Below, piece after piece: positions 27,931 through 37,498 of a DNA stretch of 64,000 bases. The translations under genes were made by a program, and so were the position numbers. The DNA is from a virus, in IMG/VR virus record IMGVR_UViG_3300009151_009555. One strand, given 5' to 3'. The notes beneath the pieces are model-generated. The model searched no databases and had not been told where the DNA came from. It saw only the letters and a list, made by a program, of their open reading frames with translations. How positions within the stretch are numbered: the first letter of the stretch is position 1; each line of letters opens with the position of its first letter.

Positions 27931-28800
27931 TTAAAGTTTCATATATGAAAAGATGTGAGCAATGACATCAACAGTCCAACCGTTTCCAATCATCTTATAT
28001 CTCTGCGTTCTTGATGCAGATTCTGTGTAGTTGTCAGGAACGGTCTGAAGTCTTTCACATTCTACAGGAGTAAGTCTTCTACAAGGTTTACCAAGAGTTC
28101 TATAGTCAAGTACTCCAAGTCCACTAAGTTTGTAAAAACTAGCTACGATACAAGCTGCTTTACCGTCAAGTGGATTTTTGTGGTAGTCCCATCTTTTTTT
28201 TCCGTTTCTTAGACCATCCATATAAATCATTGCTTTTGGTGTCATAAGATGTTGTTTGTCAACTAAGTTATCATCTTCTAAAATATCTTTTAGAACAATA
28301 CCTTTATCTTCTGGTATATCAACACCAGTGATGTTTGTCCAATAAAGTCTCGGACGGTTCTGTCCAGAAAGAAGACTGGAATTGATGGCGATTGGCTCTA
28401 CACCAAGTTCTTTAGTGATGATATCTTGCCATTCTTTCTTCATTTTGACGTTTTCAAGCATAAAGTATTTAGGTTTCACTTCTCTTAAAACTCTTACGTA
28501 TTCCCAGAATATACCACTAGATCCTTCGAATCCCTTGCCATTTCCTGCGTTTGAGAAGCTTTGGCACGGACTTCCACCGAAAAGAAGGTCGATTTTAGGC
28601 AAATCAGAGCCTTTTACGTCTCTTACATCACCTAAATGTATGGTATTCGGGTAGTTTTTCTTTGTTATTCCAATAGCAAACTTGTCAATCTCCGACGCGT
28701 AATAGTTGTCGTATTTGATACCAAGTTTGTTTAGTGCAATCTGACCACACGACATTCCGTCGAATAGCGATAACACGTTTATGTTCTTACTTTGCTCCAT
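27931..28800 (-). CDS. dcm: DNA (cytosine-5)-methyltransferase
   Basis: Motif I LFDGMSCG, motif IV GGSPCQSFSNAG, motif VI ENVK. Confidence 0.9.
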   Translation of the reverse strand: MEQSKNINVLSLFDGMSCGQIALNKLGIKYDNYYASEIDKFAIGITKKNYPNTIHLGDVRDVKGSDLPKIDLLFGGSPCQSFSNAGNGKGFEGSSGIFWEYVRVLREVKPKYFMLENVKMKKEWQDIITKELGVEPIAINSSLLSGQNRPRLYWTNITGVDIPEDKGIVLKDILEDDNLVDKQHLMTPKAMIYMDGLRNGKKRWDYHKNPLDGKAACIVASFYKLSGLGVLDYRTLGKPCRRLTPVECERLQTVPDNYTESASRTQRYKMIGNGWTVDVIAHIFSYMKL

Positions 28801-28959
28801 TTAGTATTTTATTTATTTTAGACTCTTTTATCTCGGTCTTTGTTTAAAACATAGAATAAAAATGTTTACAGACCTAATTTTGTAATATATAATGAATGAT
28901 TTTAAAACTTATTAAGACTTACGTCAAATGGCGTATAAGAACTCGTTCTAACTGGTAGA

Positions 28960-29298
28960 TTAGTATGCGGTTGTATACTTAGCATCAAATCCACCTGTTT
29001 TTGTATATTCATCGTTGACTTCACCGCCTTCTAACCAAGAATCTTCTCCTTTCCAGGCTGAATTACTATATTCAGTCCACTCTGGTTCCCACAGCTTGTT
29101 TAGTTCGCTTAAAGTTTCTTCACTGAACTCTTCCCAGATTTCTTCAAGCTCGTATCTGTTTTCGTTAAGGTAAGATAAAAATTCTTCATCGCTTTCTCCT
29201 TCGAAAGGAAATGATATGTTTTTAAAATCTTGTGTATTTAAGTTAGCAACCTCAGTTGTATTATAAACCGTTACTCTTTCACATTTTCTAATTTGCAT
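28960..29298 (-). CDS. acidic hypothetical protein, 112 aa
   Basis: ORF track. Confidence 0.45.
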   Translation of the reverse strand: MQIRKCERVTVYNTTEVANLNTQDFKNISFPFEGESDEEFLSYLNENRYELEEIWEEFSEETLSELNKLWEPEWTEYSNSAWKGEDSWLEGGEVNDEYTKTGGFDAKYTTAY

Positions 29299-29315
29299 AA
29301 TTATTATTTTAAAAA

Positions 29316-29516
29316 TTAATATTCTTCGATTTCAAAATCTTCTATTTCTTCGTTTTTGATTTTATCCCACTCTAAATCTTGATCTGCTTGGTAGTCTAAA
29401 TCTGCCAAGAACGCGTCTGGATCTTGTTCGAATTGTTCTACCTGTTCGTCTGTAAGACTTGTTGAATACTTACATACAGTTGTGTAAGATTCAAACCATG
29501 TTAGTTTTTTTCCCAT
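29316..29516 (-). CDS. small acidic protein, 66 aa
   Basis: ORF track. Confidence 0.4.
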   Translation of the reverse strand: MGKKLTWFESYTTVCKYSTSLTDEQVEQFEQDPDAFLADLDYQADQDLEWDKIKNEEIEDFEIEEY

Positions 29517-29518
29517 GT

Positions 29519-29869
29519 TTATTTTATTATTTGATTTAACTTCATTTCTCTTATTATAGAAGGATTCAATAACAATGTTTCAGTATCAAACCACTGAAAT
29601 CTTTTTCCGCCATCATATGAATATACTGCAGATGTTTGTTCTGTTTCTTCTCGAAACACAATCTTGCTATGATCTAACTTAATAAAGCTGTAGAACGAAT
29701 AGTCGAACATTCTGTCTTCTGAATCGATGTTTTGGTAGATTATCTGAAAGGCATAAGTTCCCTTCATCGCTTCTTCAAGCATTTCTTCTATGTCGGATTT
29801 TAGAACCATCATGCGATGTTTTTGCATGTGACTTGTAATCTCATTTCGTATGTATTCTACTATCTCCAT
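29519..29869 (-). CDS. hypothetical protein, 116 aa
   Basis: ORF track. Confidence 0.45.
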   Translation of the reverse strand: MEIVEYIRNEITSHMQKHRMMVLKSDIEEMLEEAMKGTYAFQIIYQNIDSEDRMFDYSFYSFIKLDHSKIVFREETEQTSAVYSYDGGKRFQWFDTETLLLNPSIIREMKLNQIIK

Positions 29870-30002
29870 AGATTTTTTTTATCTTTTCTCTTCTTCGTCC
29901 TCTCTTACCTATTATCCAATGTATATGAAATAGATTTGTAGATGTTGGAGTCGGTAGTATACGGATCTTTCCGGTTCCACTCGGTAGCCAAATGTCTTTC
30001 AT
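29859..30002 (-). CDS. possible 47-aa ORF (MKDIWLPSGTGKIRILP...) overlapping its neighbours
   Basis: Its ATG overlaps the TGA of 29999..30451 (TATGA). It also overlaps the start of 29519..29869 in another frame. Confidence 0.25.
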
Positions 30003-30451
30003 AGCAAGTATTTGTCTATTATTCCTATAAACTCATATAACTCTGAATCTAAAAGATTTTGTTTTAGTTTGTTCAGATGTTCTTTACTTTCACATTCTGA
30101 TACTACCTTTTCGAATTCTACACTGGTTCCATTATAAAGAGCACTTATTGCATCTACTATAAAGATATTTCCAGACAAACTATCTTCGTTGATCTTTTTA
30201 ATCTTTTCGGTAAAAGTATTATGACAATCTTTGATGTATTCACGAGGAGTCATATCGCCTAATGTTTCTGCCATCAACTCTAGCATTGATTGTCTATCTA
30301 CTTCATATGTAGAATGTTTTAATAACATATCAAAAATAAACCCAACTACAAGTTCTCTATCTTCAATATGAGATAGTATAATTTCTAATTGTGATTTGTT
30401 TTGATAGGTCTTATCAAGTATACAATCATATATTTTATCTAAATCTGACAT
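29999..30451 (-). CDS. hypothetical protein, 150 aa
   Basis: ORF track. Confidence 0.45.
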   Translation of the reverse strand: MSDLDKIYDCILDKTYQNKSQLEIILSHIEDRELVVGFIFDMLLKHSTYEVDRQSMLELMAETLGDMTPREYIKDCHNTFTEKIKKINEDSLSGNIFIVDAISALYNGTSVEFEKVVSECESKEHLNKLKQNLLDSELYEFIGIIDKYLL

Positions 30452-30525
30452 AATATTATATTTTATACAAATGTAATAAAAAAACGGTAAAAAATATCTA
30501 ATATATAAAAAAAAATATTTTAAAT

Positions 30526-30735
30526 ATGGAAATTAAAGGAACTATAGTATTTACAGAAACTGGATTCATATTGACACCAAAAGATGGTGAAGTTGAAGTA
30601 TATCAAAAAAATGAAATAGTTGGAAATCAATATACGGTTTTAGATGGAATTAAATACAAATGGGTAAACCAACCTAAGAAGGTAGATACTATCATCGAGA
30701 TTTCTGACGAAGATGATTCTGACGAAGAAGAATAA
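30526..30735 (+). CDS. small protein with acidic C-terminus, 69 aa
   Basis: ORF track. Followed by the terminator AGCCGC-TTAGA-GCGGCT plus T7 at 30734..30763. Confidence 0.45.
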   Translation: MEIKGTIVFTETGFILTPKDGEVEVYQKNEIVGNQYTVLDGIKYKWVNQPKKVDTIIEISDEDDSDEEE

Positions 30736-30767
30736 AAAAAGCCGCTTAGAGCGGCTTTTTTTATTCA

Positions 30768-31322
30768 TTATTCTCCGTTTAATAACCAGTCAATCTTACT
30801 ATCTCTTATTGTATCTCTTCCAAGAACTTTGTTTATCTTGGACAAATTATCGTCTGTCATTTTCTTTAGATCATCGTTTTGCTGTGTTATGGCTTTCTCA
30901 TAGACTTCATAGAAAAATTGATAGACTTCTGAATCCAAATCACACCTATAATAATAGTTGTTGTATCCACTGGTTAGAATTATTCTTTTTATTTTGAAGT
31001 TGCTATAGGCAGAGAACTCTATTTTCAGTGTCACTGAATCTTTTTTGAACTCCATTTCATTGTAGCTAAAATTACATGACCAAGCATCTACTTTTATCGC
31101 ATGGAATAGCTGTTCGAAAGTATCCTGAATATAAGAATCGGTGTTGAACATATCTATGGATTTGAATCCATCTACATCAGTATCCAACTTTATTTTCTTA
31201 GGCCTTTCTTTGTTTATTTCTTTCTTTTGATCAACTTTTGGCTTTACTCCAAAGAAAGCGTAAAAAGGATCAAGTATCCAACTAATCATTCCCATATTGT
31301 TTAATTTTATAAATATACTCAA
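30768..31322 (-). CDS. hypothetical protein, 184 aa
   Basis: ORF track. Confidence 0.45.
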   Translation of the reverse strand: MSIFIKLNNMGMISWILDPFYAFFGVKPKVDQKKEINKERPKKIKLDTDVDGFKSIDMFNTDSYIQDTFEQLFHAIKVDAWSCNFSYNEMEFKKDSVTLKIEFSAYSNFKIKRIILTSGYNNYYYRCDLDSEVYQFFYEVYEKAITQQNDDLKKMTDDNLSKINKVLGRDTIRDSKIDWLLNGE

Positions 31323-31328
31323 AATTGA

Positions 31329-31574
31329 CTATATACCGATGCTTTTGAGCTTCTTTTCTCTCAATTTGCTTAGATATTCGTCTTTAGTTATAAACATGTC
31401 AGTCAAATGCGGACTGGTTCCTTTACTTTCTACCAAGAAACTTGCGACTATATTTCCGTGTTGGTCCGGTTGTACGTCCCTTAGGTTCACACGGATCGGA
31501 TTACACAAAGTACCATTGTTGTTGTTGTATCGGAAATCGCAGATAGATTCTATCAAGTCGTAGTCAAGTTTCAT
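31329..31574 (-). CDS. C-terminal-tag family protein (...REKKLKSIGI)
   Basis: ORF track. Confidence 0.5.
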   Translation of the reverse strand: MKLDYDLIESICDFRYNNNNGTLCNPIRVNLRDVQPDQHGNIVASFLVESKGTSPHLTDMFITKDEYLSKLREKKLKSIGI

Positions 31575-32203
31575 TTCTTTTTCTCCAGTTTTTTGACAAG
31601 TGCTCTTTCTGTTTTAAGATTTGATTTGGCAGTAAGATAGTTGGCAACCTGATCTTCAGTTACTGGCGTTATTACCTTCAACTGTTTTGTATATTCCCTT
31701 TTTATACTATCCCATCTGTAGTCAATCTCGGCATGATCCGTTATTGTGGCATAGCTGTATATACTCAACAAAGTATAATACCATTCTACACTGTCTGTGA
31801 CTTGTAACAGGAATTGGTTTCTATATTTGGCAAAAAACTTCTTTACTTCACCATCATCTGTCTTAGGCAAGAACTCCCATTCTTTTAGAGTAGATTTTTT
31901 AGTGGTTTTATCAAGTTTAGACTTTGAGAATATCTCTATGAATTTGGAGTAAAGCACGGACTTTTCATCCGCGACTTCAAGCAACGATCCAAGTTGAACT
32001 TCTCTTTTTAGAGAGTCTAAATATCCATCGATACTCACTTTCTCAAGTGTTTCAAATACTTCAATCGTTCCATCGGTATCGGTAAGCTTTTTAAGATTCT
32101 TAAGCATTTCCTTTTCCGTGTAGTAGAATTTTGTATCAGAATACGAATATTGGTTTTGAGGACCATAGACGTGCTTGAATGTTACTTTCCAAATCTTAGC
32201 CAT
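31571..32203 (-). CDS. hypothetical protein, 210 aa
   Basis: ORF track. Confidence 0.45.
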   Translation of the reverse strand: MAKIWKVTFKHVYGPQNQYSYSDTKFYYTEKEMLKNLKKLTDTDGTIEVFETLEKVSIDGYLDSLKREVQLGSLLEVADEKSVLYSKFIEIFSKSKLDKTTKKSTLKEWEFLPKTDDGEVKKFFAKYRNQFLLQVTDSVEWYYTLLSIYSYATITDHAEIDYRWDSIKREYTKQLKVITPVTEDQVANYLTAKSNLKTERALVKKLEKKK

Positions 32204-32209
32204 AGTTTA

Positions 32210-32557
32210 TTATTTTTCAGTTTCGTTTTCTCCTAAGACCTCATTGATCTTTTGGTCTCTGATGTAGTCTAATGTAGCAGCTTTGTAACGAGTCTCTTTA
32301 AACTCATAAGGCATTGCAAAAGAAACAGAGTCCCAGTATGGTGAATCCCAAGAAGAGTAAGTTCCTTCTAATTGAACAAAAAAGTTGTATTTCAAAAAAC
32401 TCATACAGATTGTGTACTCATTTCCATCTCCATAGTTTGCCTCATATACTACGCTGATTTCGTCTTTTTTACTATATGATTCGTTGTAAAGTTCGTAGAA
32501 CCAATCATAGTCTTGTGCATTTACTTTACTGATAATTTCGTCTCTTGTAATTTCCAT
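32210..32557 (-). CDS. hypothetical protein, 115 aa
   Basis: ORF track. Confidence 0.45.
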   Translation of the reverse strand: MEITRDEIISKVNAQDYDWFYELYNESYSKKDEISVVYEANYGDGNEYTICMSFLKYNFFVQLEGTYSSWDSPYWDSVSFAMPYEFKETRYKAATLDYIRDQKINEVLGENETEK

Positions 32558-32560
32558 TTT

Positions 32561-33280
32561 TTATTTGTTTTTAATAGTTGCATATTTTTTATAAAAGCTG
32601 GACTTTGTTGGTATCCAGTATTTTTCGTTCCAGTTCTGAATGACATAGTCTGCCAGCCAAACTGGGTGTAGTCTTGTAACCAAAGCTTGTTGTGCAAATT
32701 GGTAAGCGACTCTATCTGGACTATTCGGGAATCTTTCAATCGCTATAACGAAAGCTTCTTCAAACATAAGTTCAGTTTTGTCAATTTCTGACAAAGATAA
32801 GAATTTTTCCGGTAATGGCATAACTTCTTCTCCGTTTATTATTTTTTTATAAGTAGGATTTGGATTTAGCAACTGGTGCATTTCATCGTGTCCTACTTTT
32901 CTTCTTACTTTATCTTCAAAGAACTTTCCAGGTTTTACCTCAAACTCTGTTCTCTTTTGATCACCGTGTATAGTTACCCAATACTCTCTAAGCATTTTCA
33001 GAAACTCTGGAATAACTTTACATCCTTTTATCTGAAGGAATCTGATATCTGACATTGTCTTCTTCCAATGTATATCATAGATAGCATGAGAAACTTTCAA
33101 CGTATAGATTTCATTTACAGTCATTTCTCTATCTGGTGAGAAAGGCATGTAGTAGTACTCTTCCTTACCTACTATTGACTTCTTCATTTGTGACTCGTCA
33201 TTGGTAATCCAATCGATATCATTTGGCGTTCTAAAGTCGTCAAAGTATTTCTTTATCAAATGTGATCCAAATAGATGCAT
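32561..33280 (-). CDS. nucleotidyltransferase-fold (Pol-beta superfamily) protein
   Basis: The N-terminal segment LFGSHLIKKYFDDFRTPNDIDWI matches the hG[GS]-x(9-13)-DhD pattern. Confidence 0.4.
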   Translation of the reverse strand: MHLFGSHLIKKYFDDFRTPNDIDWITNDESQMKKSIVGKEEYYYMPFSPDREMTVNEIYTLKVSHAIYDIHWKKTMSDIRFLQIKGCKVIPEFLKMLREYWVTIHGDQKRTEFEVKPGKFFEDKVRRKVGHDEMHQLLNPNPTYKKIINGEEVMPLPEKFLSLSEIDKTELMFEEAFVIAIERFPNSPDRVAYQFAQQALVTRLHPVWLADYVIQNWNEKYWIPTKSSFYKKYATIKNK

Positions 33281-33864
33281 TATAAGAATATTTGTTTTAG
33301 TTGTAGTAATACTGATTTAAGTTGTTTAGGATTTTCAAAAGGATACATATATGTTCCTGGAGGTGTAGCAGTTTCAATAAACATAACTCGTGTGAAGTAT
33401 TCTTCTACAAAGAAACGAGATTCTGTTTTTTCTAAAATATTTGGACATTTTGGTTCTGATGTAAGAAGACCACATACCCAAGATCCTGCTTTCTTTTCTA
33501 AAAGGACATAAGGGTGTCTGAAAATTGGGTGCATAAGAACATCTCCTTTTTTGAATCTTGTAGGAACTTTCTTTTTCTTTGGACCACCAATAATAAGTTC
33601 TTCTGTTGGTTGAGAAGCAACGGTTGTTTTAACAGCAGGTGCGGGTGCTCCTGGAGCTACTGCGGTAAGAGGTGAGTCTGACAATGCGTTTACAAAAGAT
33701 TCAACTTCAGCCTTGTCTAATTTTAGCTTCATCTTTTTTACGAAAGACATTTTTGTGGTATTTGATACCATCTTATTTGGTAGTGCAGTAAGCCAACCTT
33801 GAAGTTTTTGAATATCGTATTGTCCTTTTATTTTTTCTTGAAGAATCTCCTTTGTCATGCTCAT
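33280..33864 (-). CDS. hypothetical protein, 194 aa
   Basis: ORF track. Pro/Ala-rich linker in the middle. Confidence 0.45.
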   Translation of the reverse strand: MSMTKEILQEKIKGQYDIQKLQGWLTALPNKMVSNTTKMSFVKKMKLKLDKAEVESFVNALSDSPLTAVAPGAPAPAVKTTVASQPTEELIIGGPKKKKVPTRFKKGDVLMHPIFRHPYVLLEKKAGSWVCGLLTSEPKCPNILEKTESRFFVEEYFTRVMFIETATPPGTYMYPFENPKQLKSVLLQLKQIFL

Positions 33865-34175
33865 AGTCTGTCTTGTTTGTTTTACAAATATAAGGAAATA
33901 TTTACAATCTACAAACCTAACTGAGAAAGTTTGTAATCACGAATGAATGTTTTTATGCTGACTTTTTTAAAATAACTGGCATGGAAGTATCTTCCATCGT
34001 CTATGTGAAAGTAGGTTTGATCCAGTCTTGCACCTTTTTTTCGTTTTCGTTTTTCTTGTCCTACTATAAGTACAAGCTCTTCTCCTAAGAAAAGGTAGGT
34101 ATTCCATGCTTCTGCAATGTTTCCCAGTACTGGCCGTGTGGCTTTTCTATTGTTGTTTCTGCGATATTTTGTTTT

Positions 34176-34577
34176 TTATATTCCTAAATCATTTAACTTT
34201 TTTCCTCTTATAAGAGCAGGGTTATGTATTGCGTATACTGAGTTCTTTGTTATTATTATACAATCTTCTATTATTCGATCAACTACCGATGTTCTCCAGT
34301 GTCCTACTGCCAACGAGTTTCCTATTTGAGGCGGACCGTCAAGAACTCCTTTTATAGAATGTCCTGCGTAGATGTTTGATCTCATTGACATTTTTGGTGT
34401 TCCTATGATTGCCTTATCTGTCTTCATGAATGAATATTCTTCTGAACAATGTTCTCTTAATATCTTTACATAAGAATCACACGGCTCGCCTGCGTTGTAG
34501 ACGACCATCATCATTTGTTTTTTGTCCTTTATAGGAGAAAGTATGGTTCCTATCTTGTATAGTTCTACTTCGTTCAT
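34176..34577 (-). CDS. C-terminal-tag family protein (...KKLNDLGI)
   Basis: ORF track. No coupled ATG follows the stop; about 310 nt of ORF-free DNA lie downstream. Confidence 0.45.
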   Translation of the reverse strand: MNEVELYKIGTILSPIKDKKQMMMVVYNAGEPCDSYVKILREHCSEEYSFMKTDKAIIGTPKMSMRSNIYAGHSIKGVLDGPPQIGNSLAVGHWRTSVVDRIIEDCIIITKNSVYAIHNPALIRGKKLNDLGI

Positions 34578-34792
34578 AGTCCAAGTTCTTTTAGCTTGTC
34601 GTCTCTTAGTTTAGAAATGAGTTCGTATTTATCGGATATGAATCTGGTTTCACTGATACGATTACCATTATCATCTTCTAAATCATAACCTCTCATAGAA
34701 TCTTCACCAACTATTTTAAACTGATGTCCTTTCTTGTATATCTTATTGTTAAACTCAAAGTCTTCTAAGAAGACAACTCTTTCACCTTTCAT
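34574..34792 (-). CDS. C-terminal-tag family protein (...RDDKLKELGL)
   Basis: ORF track. Confidence 0.45.
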   Translation of the reverse strand: MKGERVVFLEDFEFNNKIYKKGHQFKIVGEDSMRGYDLEDDNGNRISETRFISDKYELISKLRDDKLKELGL

Positions 34793-34804
34793 ATTTTTAC
34801 ATTT

Positions 34805-35164
34805 TTATATTCCTAAATCCGAAATCTTTTTTTCTCTGATTTCTACTTTCTTTATTTCGTACCAGTCGTTTAGTAGGTCTCTGGATTCGATTCCACTATT
34901 ACTATAAACTACTTCTTTTATGAACGACACCATACCAGCCTTACTTATTTCAAATGGTATTATCACGTTTTTAGAAAAAGATTTTTTTGTCTTCCAGTTT
35001 CTGATTAAGATTCTAAGAACATCTTTTTCTTGCCAAACAAATATTACATAAAGATGTGTGTCGCTATAGTGTCTTTCGTTATCCACAAACAATGAGGAAG
35101 ATTCCATCATCATTTCTTTAACGAAGTGTTCGTCGAGTACTTTAAATACTTTATCTTTCAGCAT
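34805..35164 (-). CDS. C-terminal-tag family protein (...REKKISDLGI)
   Basis: ORF track. Confidence 0.45.
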   Translation of the reverse strand: MLKDKVFKVLDEHFVKEMMMESSSLFVDNERHYSDTHLYVIFVWQEKDVLRILIRNWKTKKSFSKNVIIPFEISKAGMVSFIKEVVYSNSGIESRDLLNDWYEIKKVEIREKKISDLGI

Positions 35165-35375
35165 CGAATATTATCTTTAGTTTGTTATTTCTTATATCTA
35201 CTTTTGATAAAGGTTTTCGTCTTCCCTGATCGGCACACCAATAGCATCTTGCACCCTCATGTTGATAGTGTAGTGTAAATGTGTATGAGCAATCTTCGCA
35301 ATAATATTTATCGCAGGTATCGCAAATAAAATCTTCGTCTACATTTGTGGAATAACATATATGACAATGTATCAT
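35151..35375 (-). CDS. Cys-rich zinc-finger-like protein, 74 aa
   Basis: CHIC...CDTC...CEDC...CYWC pattern. Confidence 0.45.
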   Translation of the reverse strand: MIHCHICYSTNVDEDFICDTCDKYYCEDCSYTFTLHYQHEGARCYWCADQGRRKPLSKVDIRNNKLKIIFDAER

Positions 35376-35710
35376 ATTCCGAGATTGTTTAGTTTTCTTT
35401 CTCTTTCGATTGAGATTTTGTCGACCATTTCACATATTCTTTTATGTCCTTCTTCAGCTTCGTCGTATGTATGGTATCGTTCTTGGTAGTCGTCATGTTC
35501 GCCACCAAATACCATTGTCTCAAAAAGAACTGGAGTGCCGTCGCCTATTAGTCCGGACAATCCATGATCCATGGAAAGGAATACGGTAGATATTTTAGAT
35601 TGTCCAATTTCGGTACTGAATAAACGAGTGGTGATTGGTAAACTCGCGTCTATCATTTCCTGTATACCTCCAACAAGCTCTGTTTCTCTTCCGTTCAATC
35701 TATAATACAT
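35372..35710 (-). CDS. C-terminal-tag family protein (...RERKLNNLGI)
   Basis: ORF track. Confidence 0.45.
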   Translation of the reverse strand: MYYRLNGRETELVGGIQEMIDASLPITTRLFSTEIGQSKISTVFLSMDHGLSGLIGDGTPVLFETMVFGGEHDDYQERYHTYDEAEEGHKRICEMVDKISIERERKLNNLGI

Positions 35711-35730
35711 AACACAAATATAAGAATAAT

Positions 35731-35746
35731 TTTTAATATATACTTT
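35731..35746 (+). promoter_or_regulatory. class-A motif TTTTAATATATACTTT abutting the ATG at 35747
   Basis: Motif instance. Confidence 0.5.
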
Positions 35747-37273
35747 ATGAATAGTAAATTGTTTAGATACTCTGACTTTTTAAACGAGAGTAAGATAGAG
35801 ATGTTGCTTGAAGCAAACATAACGTACGGGGTTCTTTTTAGTAAGATGTTGGACCAAATAGATTCGCCGGTCGCAACGGCACTTTCAAACCTTTCTGGAA
35901 CGGAAGTAGACGTGAACACAAACTTTGTAGATGTCAACAGAGATAAAGACGATGTTGTTTTTTTCAAACCTGACGATAAGGTTTCTAAGGCGGCGATGAC
36001 TCCGCATCCAGGTGCTGCATATGACATGTTGAGTAAAAATGTATTGGGAGACGAATATAGGATTCCAGCAACGAATCAGATTGGTGAGATTGTAAAGGAA
36101 TACACAAAGGAAGAGGTTATGGCTATTTCAAGTGGTAATTTTGATTTTATGTACGACAACGGTGGAAAGCTGGTACTTTTTATGTGGAGAGATTCCAATG
36201 GTGTCGGTAAATGTTTTTATGATGTTAGATCGATTACTTTTGGACCTGAAGCAGTAAAGCAATCAGAGGTTAGTGTTGGAAGATTTGTAAGAGCCATTCT
36301 TAAAAAAGCAAATGTTGATTTCAAAGATTCTGAGATAGAAGACTTTGTTTACAAATACAGAGCAGAGGTTGCTAAACTTGGTGATGTTTTTTCTAGGTTT
36401 AAATTGCCTGAAGGTGAGGATATAAGAAAATACTATCATCACGATAAGTATGAAAATGATAAAGGAACTTTAGGAAGTTCTTGTATGAGATATAATAGGT
36501 GTCAGGAATATCTGGACATCTACGTGAAGAATCCAGATCAGTGCAAACTGGTGGTTCTTATGTCGGACGAAAAGGACGACGCGATATGCGGAAGGGCGAT
36601 TCTTTGGACCGACCACGAAGGTAGAAGATTGATGGACAGGATCTATACCAACAGGACACAGGACGAGCAGCTTTTCAAGGACTTTGCTAAAAAGAACGGA
36701 TTCTATCACAAAAGAAATCAGAACATGAGCGAATATGAACCTTTCATAACTCCTGATGGTGAAGAAGAGACTATAGGAACTAAAATAGTTCTTTCTCAAA
36801 TTTTGTACAGGTATTTTCCTTATATGGATAGTTTCAAATACTTCTTTGAAGGACATGGAGACAGACCATCATATCTTACAAACTCAAGCAGGTTTGACTA
36901 TGACTTCGAGCTTACCGATACGGATGGTGGAAATAGTAGTTCAAACGGTGGATGCGATTGTTGTGGTGGTGATGAAACCGTAGAATGCTACGAATGTAAT
37001 GGTAGAGGAAGCTTTAGATGTCAGAACTGCGATGATGGAGTTATCGAATGTGATACTTGTGGTGGTGCACACGAAATGGAATGTACTGACTGTGATGGAT
37101 CTGGAAAAAATGAAGATGATAGTGAATGTTCGGGATGCTCAGGAACTGGAACACATACTTGTGAAAATTGTGGTGGTGAGGATATAGTGTGTGACGAATG
37201 TAGCGGTGAAGGAAGAATCGAATGTGATGATTGTGTAGGAAACGGTAGTGTTCCTTGTCCAGATTGTCAATAA
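35747..37273 (+). CDS. large protein; N-terminal domain paralogous to 52546..54405 (GSSCMRY.RC core) plus C-terminal DnaJ-type CxxCxGxG zinc-finger repeats
   Basis: Shared block LGSSCMRYNRCQEYLDIYVKNPDQCKLVVLMSDE...GRAILW. The C-terminal 100 aa hold at least 8 CxxC units, many as CxxCxGxG. TTTTAATATATACTTT sits directly at the ATG. Confidence 0.6.
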   Translation: MNSKLFRYSDFLNESKIEMLLEANITYGVLFSKMLDQIDSPVATALSNLSGTEVDVNTNFVDVNRDKDDVVFFKPDDKVSKAAMTPHPGAAYDMLSKNVLGDEYRIPATNQIGEIVKEYTKEEVMAISSGNFDFMYDNGGKLVLFMWRDSNGVGKCFYDVRSITFGPEAVKQSEVSVGRFVRAILKKANVDFKDSEIEDFVYKYRAEVAKLGDVFSRFKLPEGEDIRKYYHHDKYENDKGTLGSSCMRYNRCQEYLDIYVKNPDQCKLVVLMSDEKDDAICGRAILWTDHEGRRLMDRIYTNRTQDEQLFKDFAKKNGFYHKRNQNMSEYEPFITPDGEEETIGTKIVLSQILYRYFPYMDSFKYFFEGHGDRPSYLTNSSRFDYDFELTDTDGGNSSSNGGCDCCGGDETVECYECNGRGSFRCQNCDDGVIECDTCGGAHEMECTDCDGSGKNEDDSECSGCSGTGTHTCENCGGEDIVCDECSGEGRIECDDCVGNGSVPCPDCQ

Positions 37274-37498
37274 CTAATCTATACCTAAATATTTAAGAAT
37301 AGAATCTCGCCTCTCATTAAGAGGAGCGAGGTCTTTTTCATATACCCATGTTAGGTGACGGTCTTCTTCTCGATCGCATATGGTTGATATAAAATATTTT
37401 TCGTGGTTTCTCATTTTCTCCAACACGATACATTTTCCAGGAAACCATTCTTTCATATTGTGTCCTTCACAGAACTCTACTATCTGACCGATTCTCAT
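37274..37498 (-). CDS. hypothetical protein, 74 aa
   Basis: ORF track. Confidence 0.4.
   Translation of the reverse strand: MRIGQIVEFCEGHNMKEWFPGKCIVLEKMRNHEKYFISTICDREEDRHLTWVYEKDLAPLNERRDSILKYLGID

Noticed and set aside
36470-36856. Antisense ORF inside 35747..37273, and similar antisense ORFs at 49674..50000, 50368..50595, 53223..53444, 53782..54069 and 60275..61108 inside long genes
   Set aside because: They lie fully inside long ORFs with clear domain content, show hydrophobic low-complexity translations, and have no start context.
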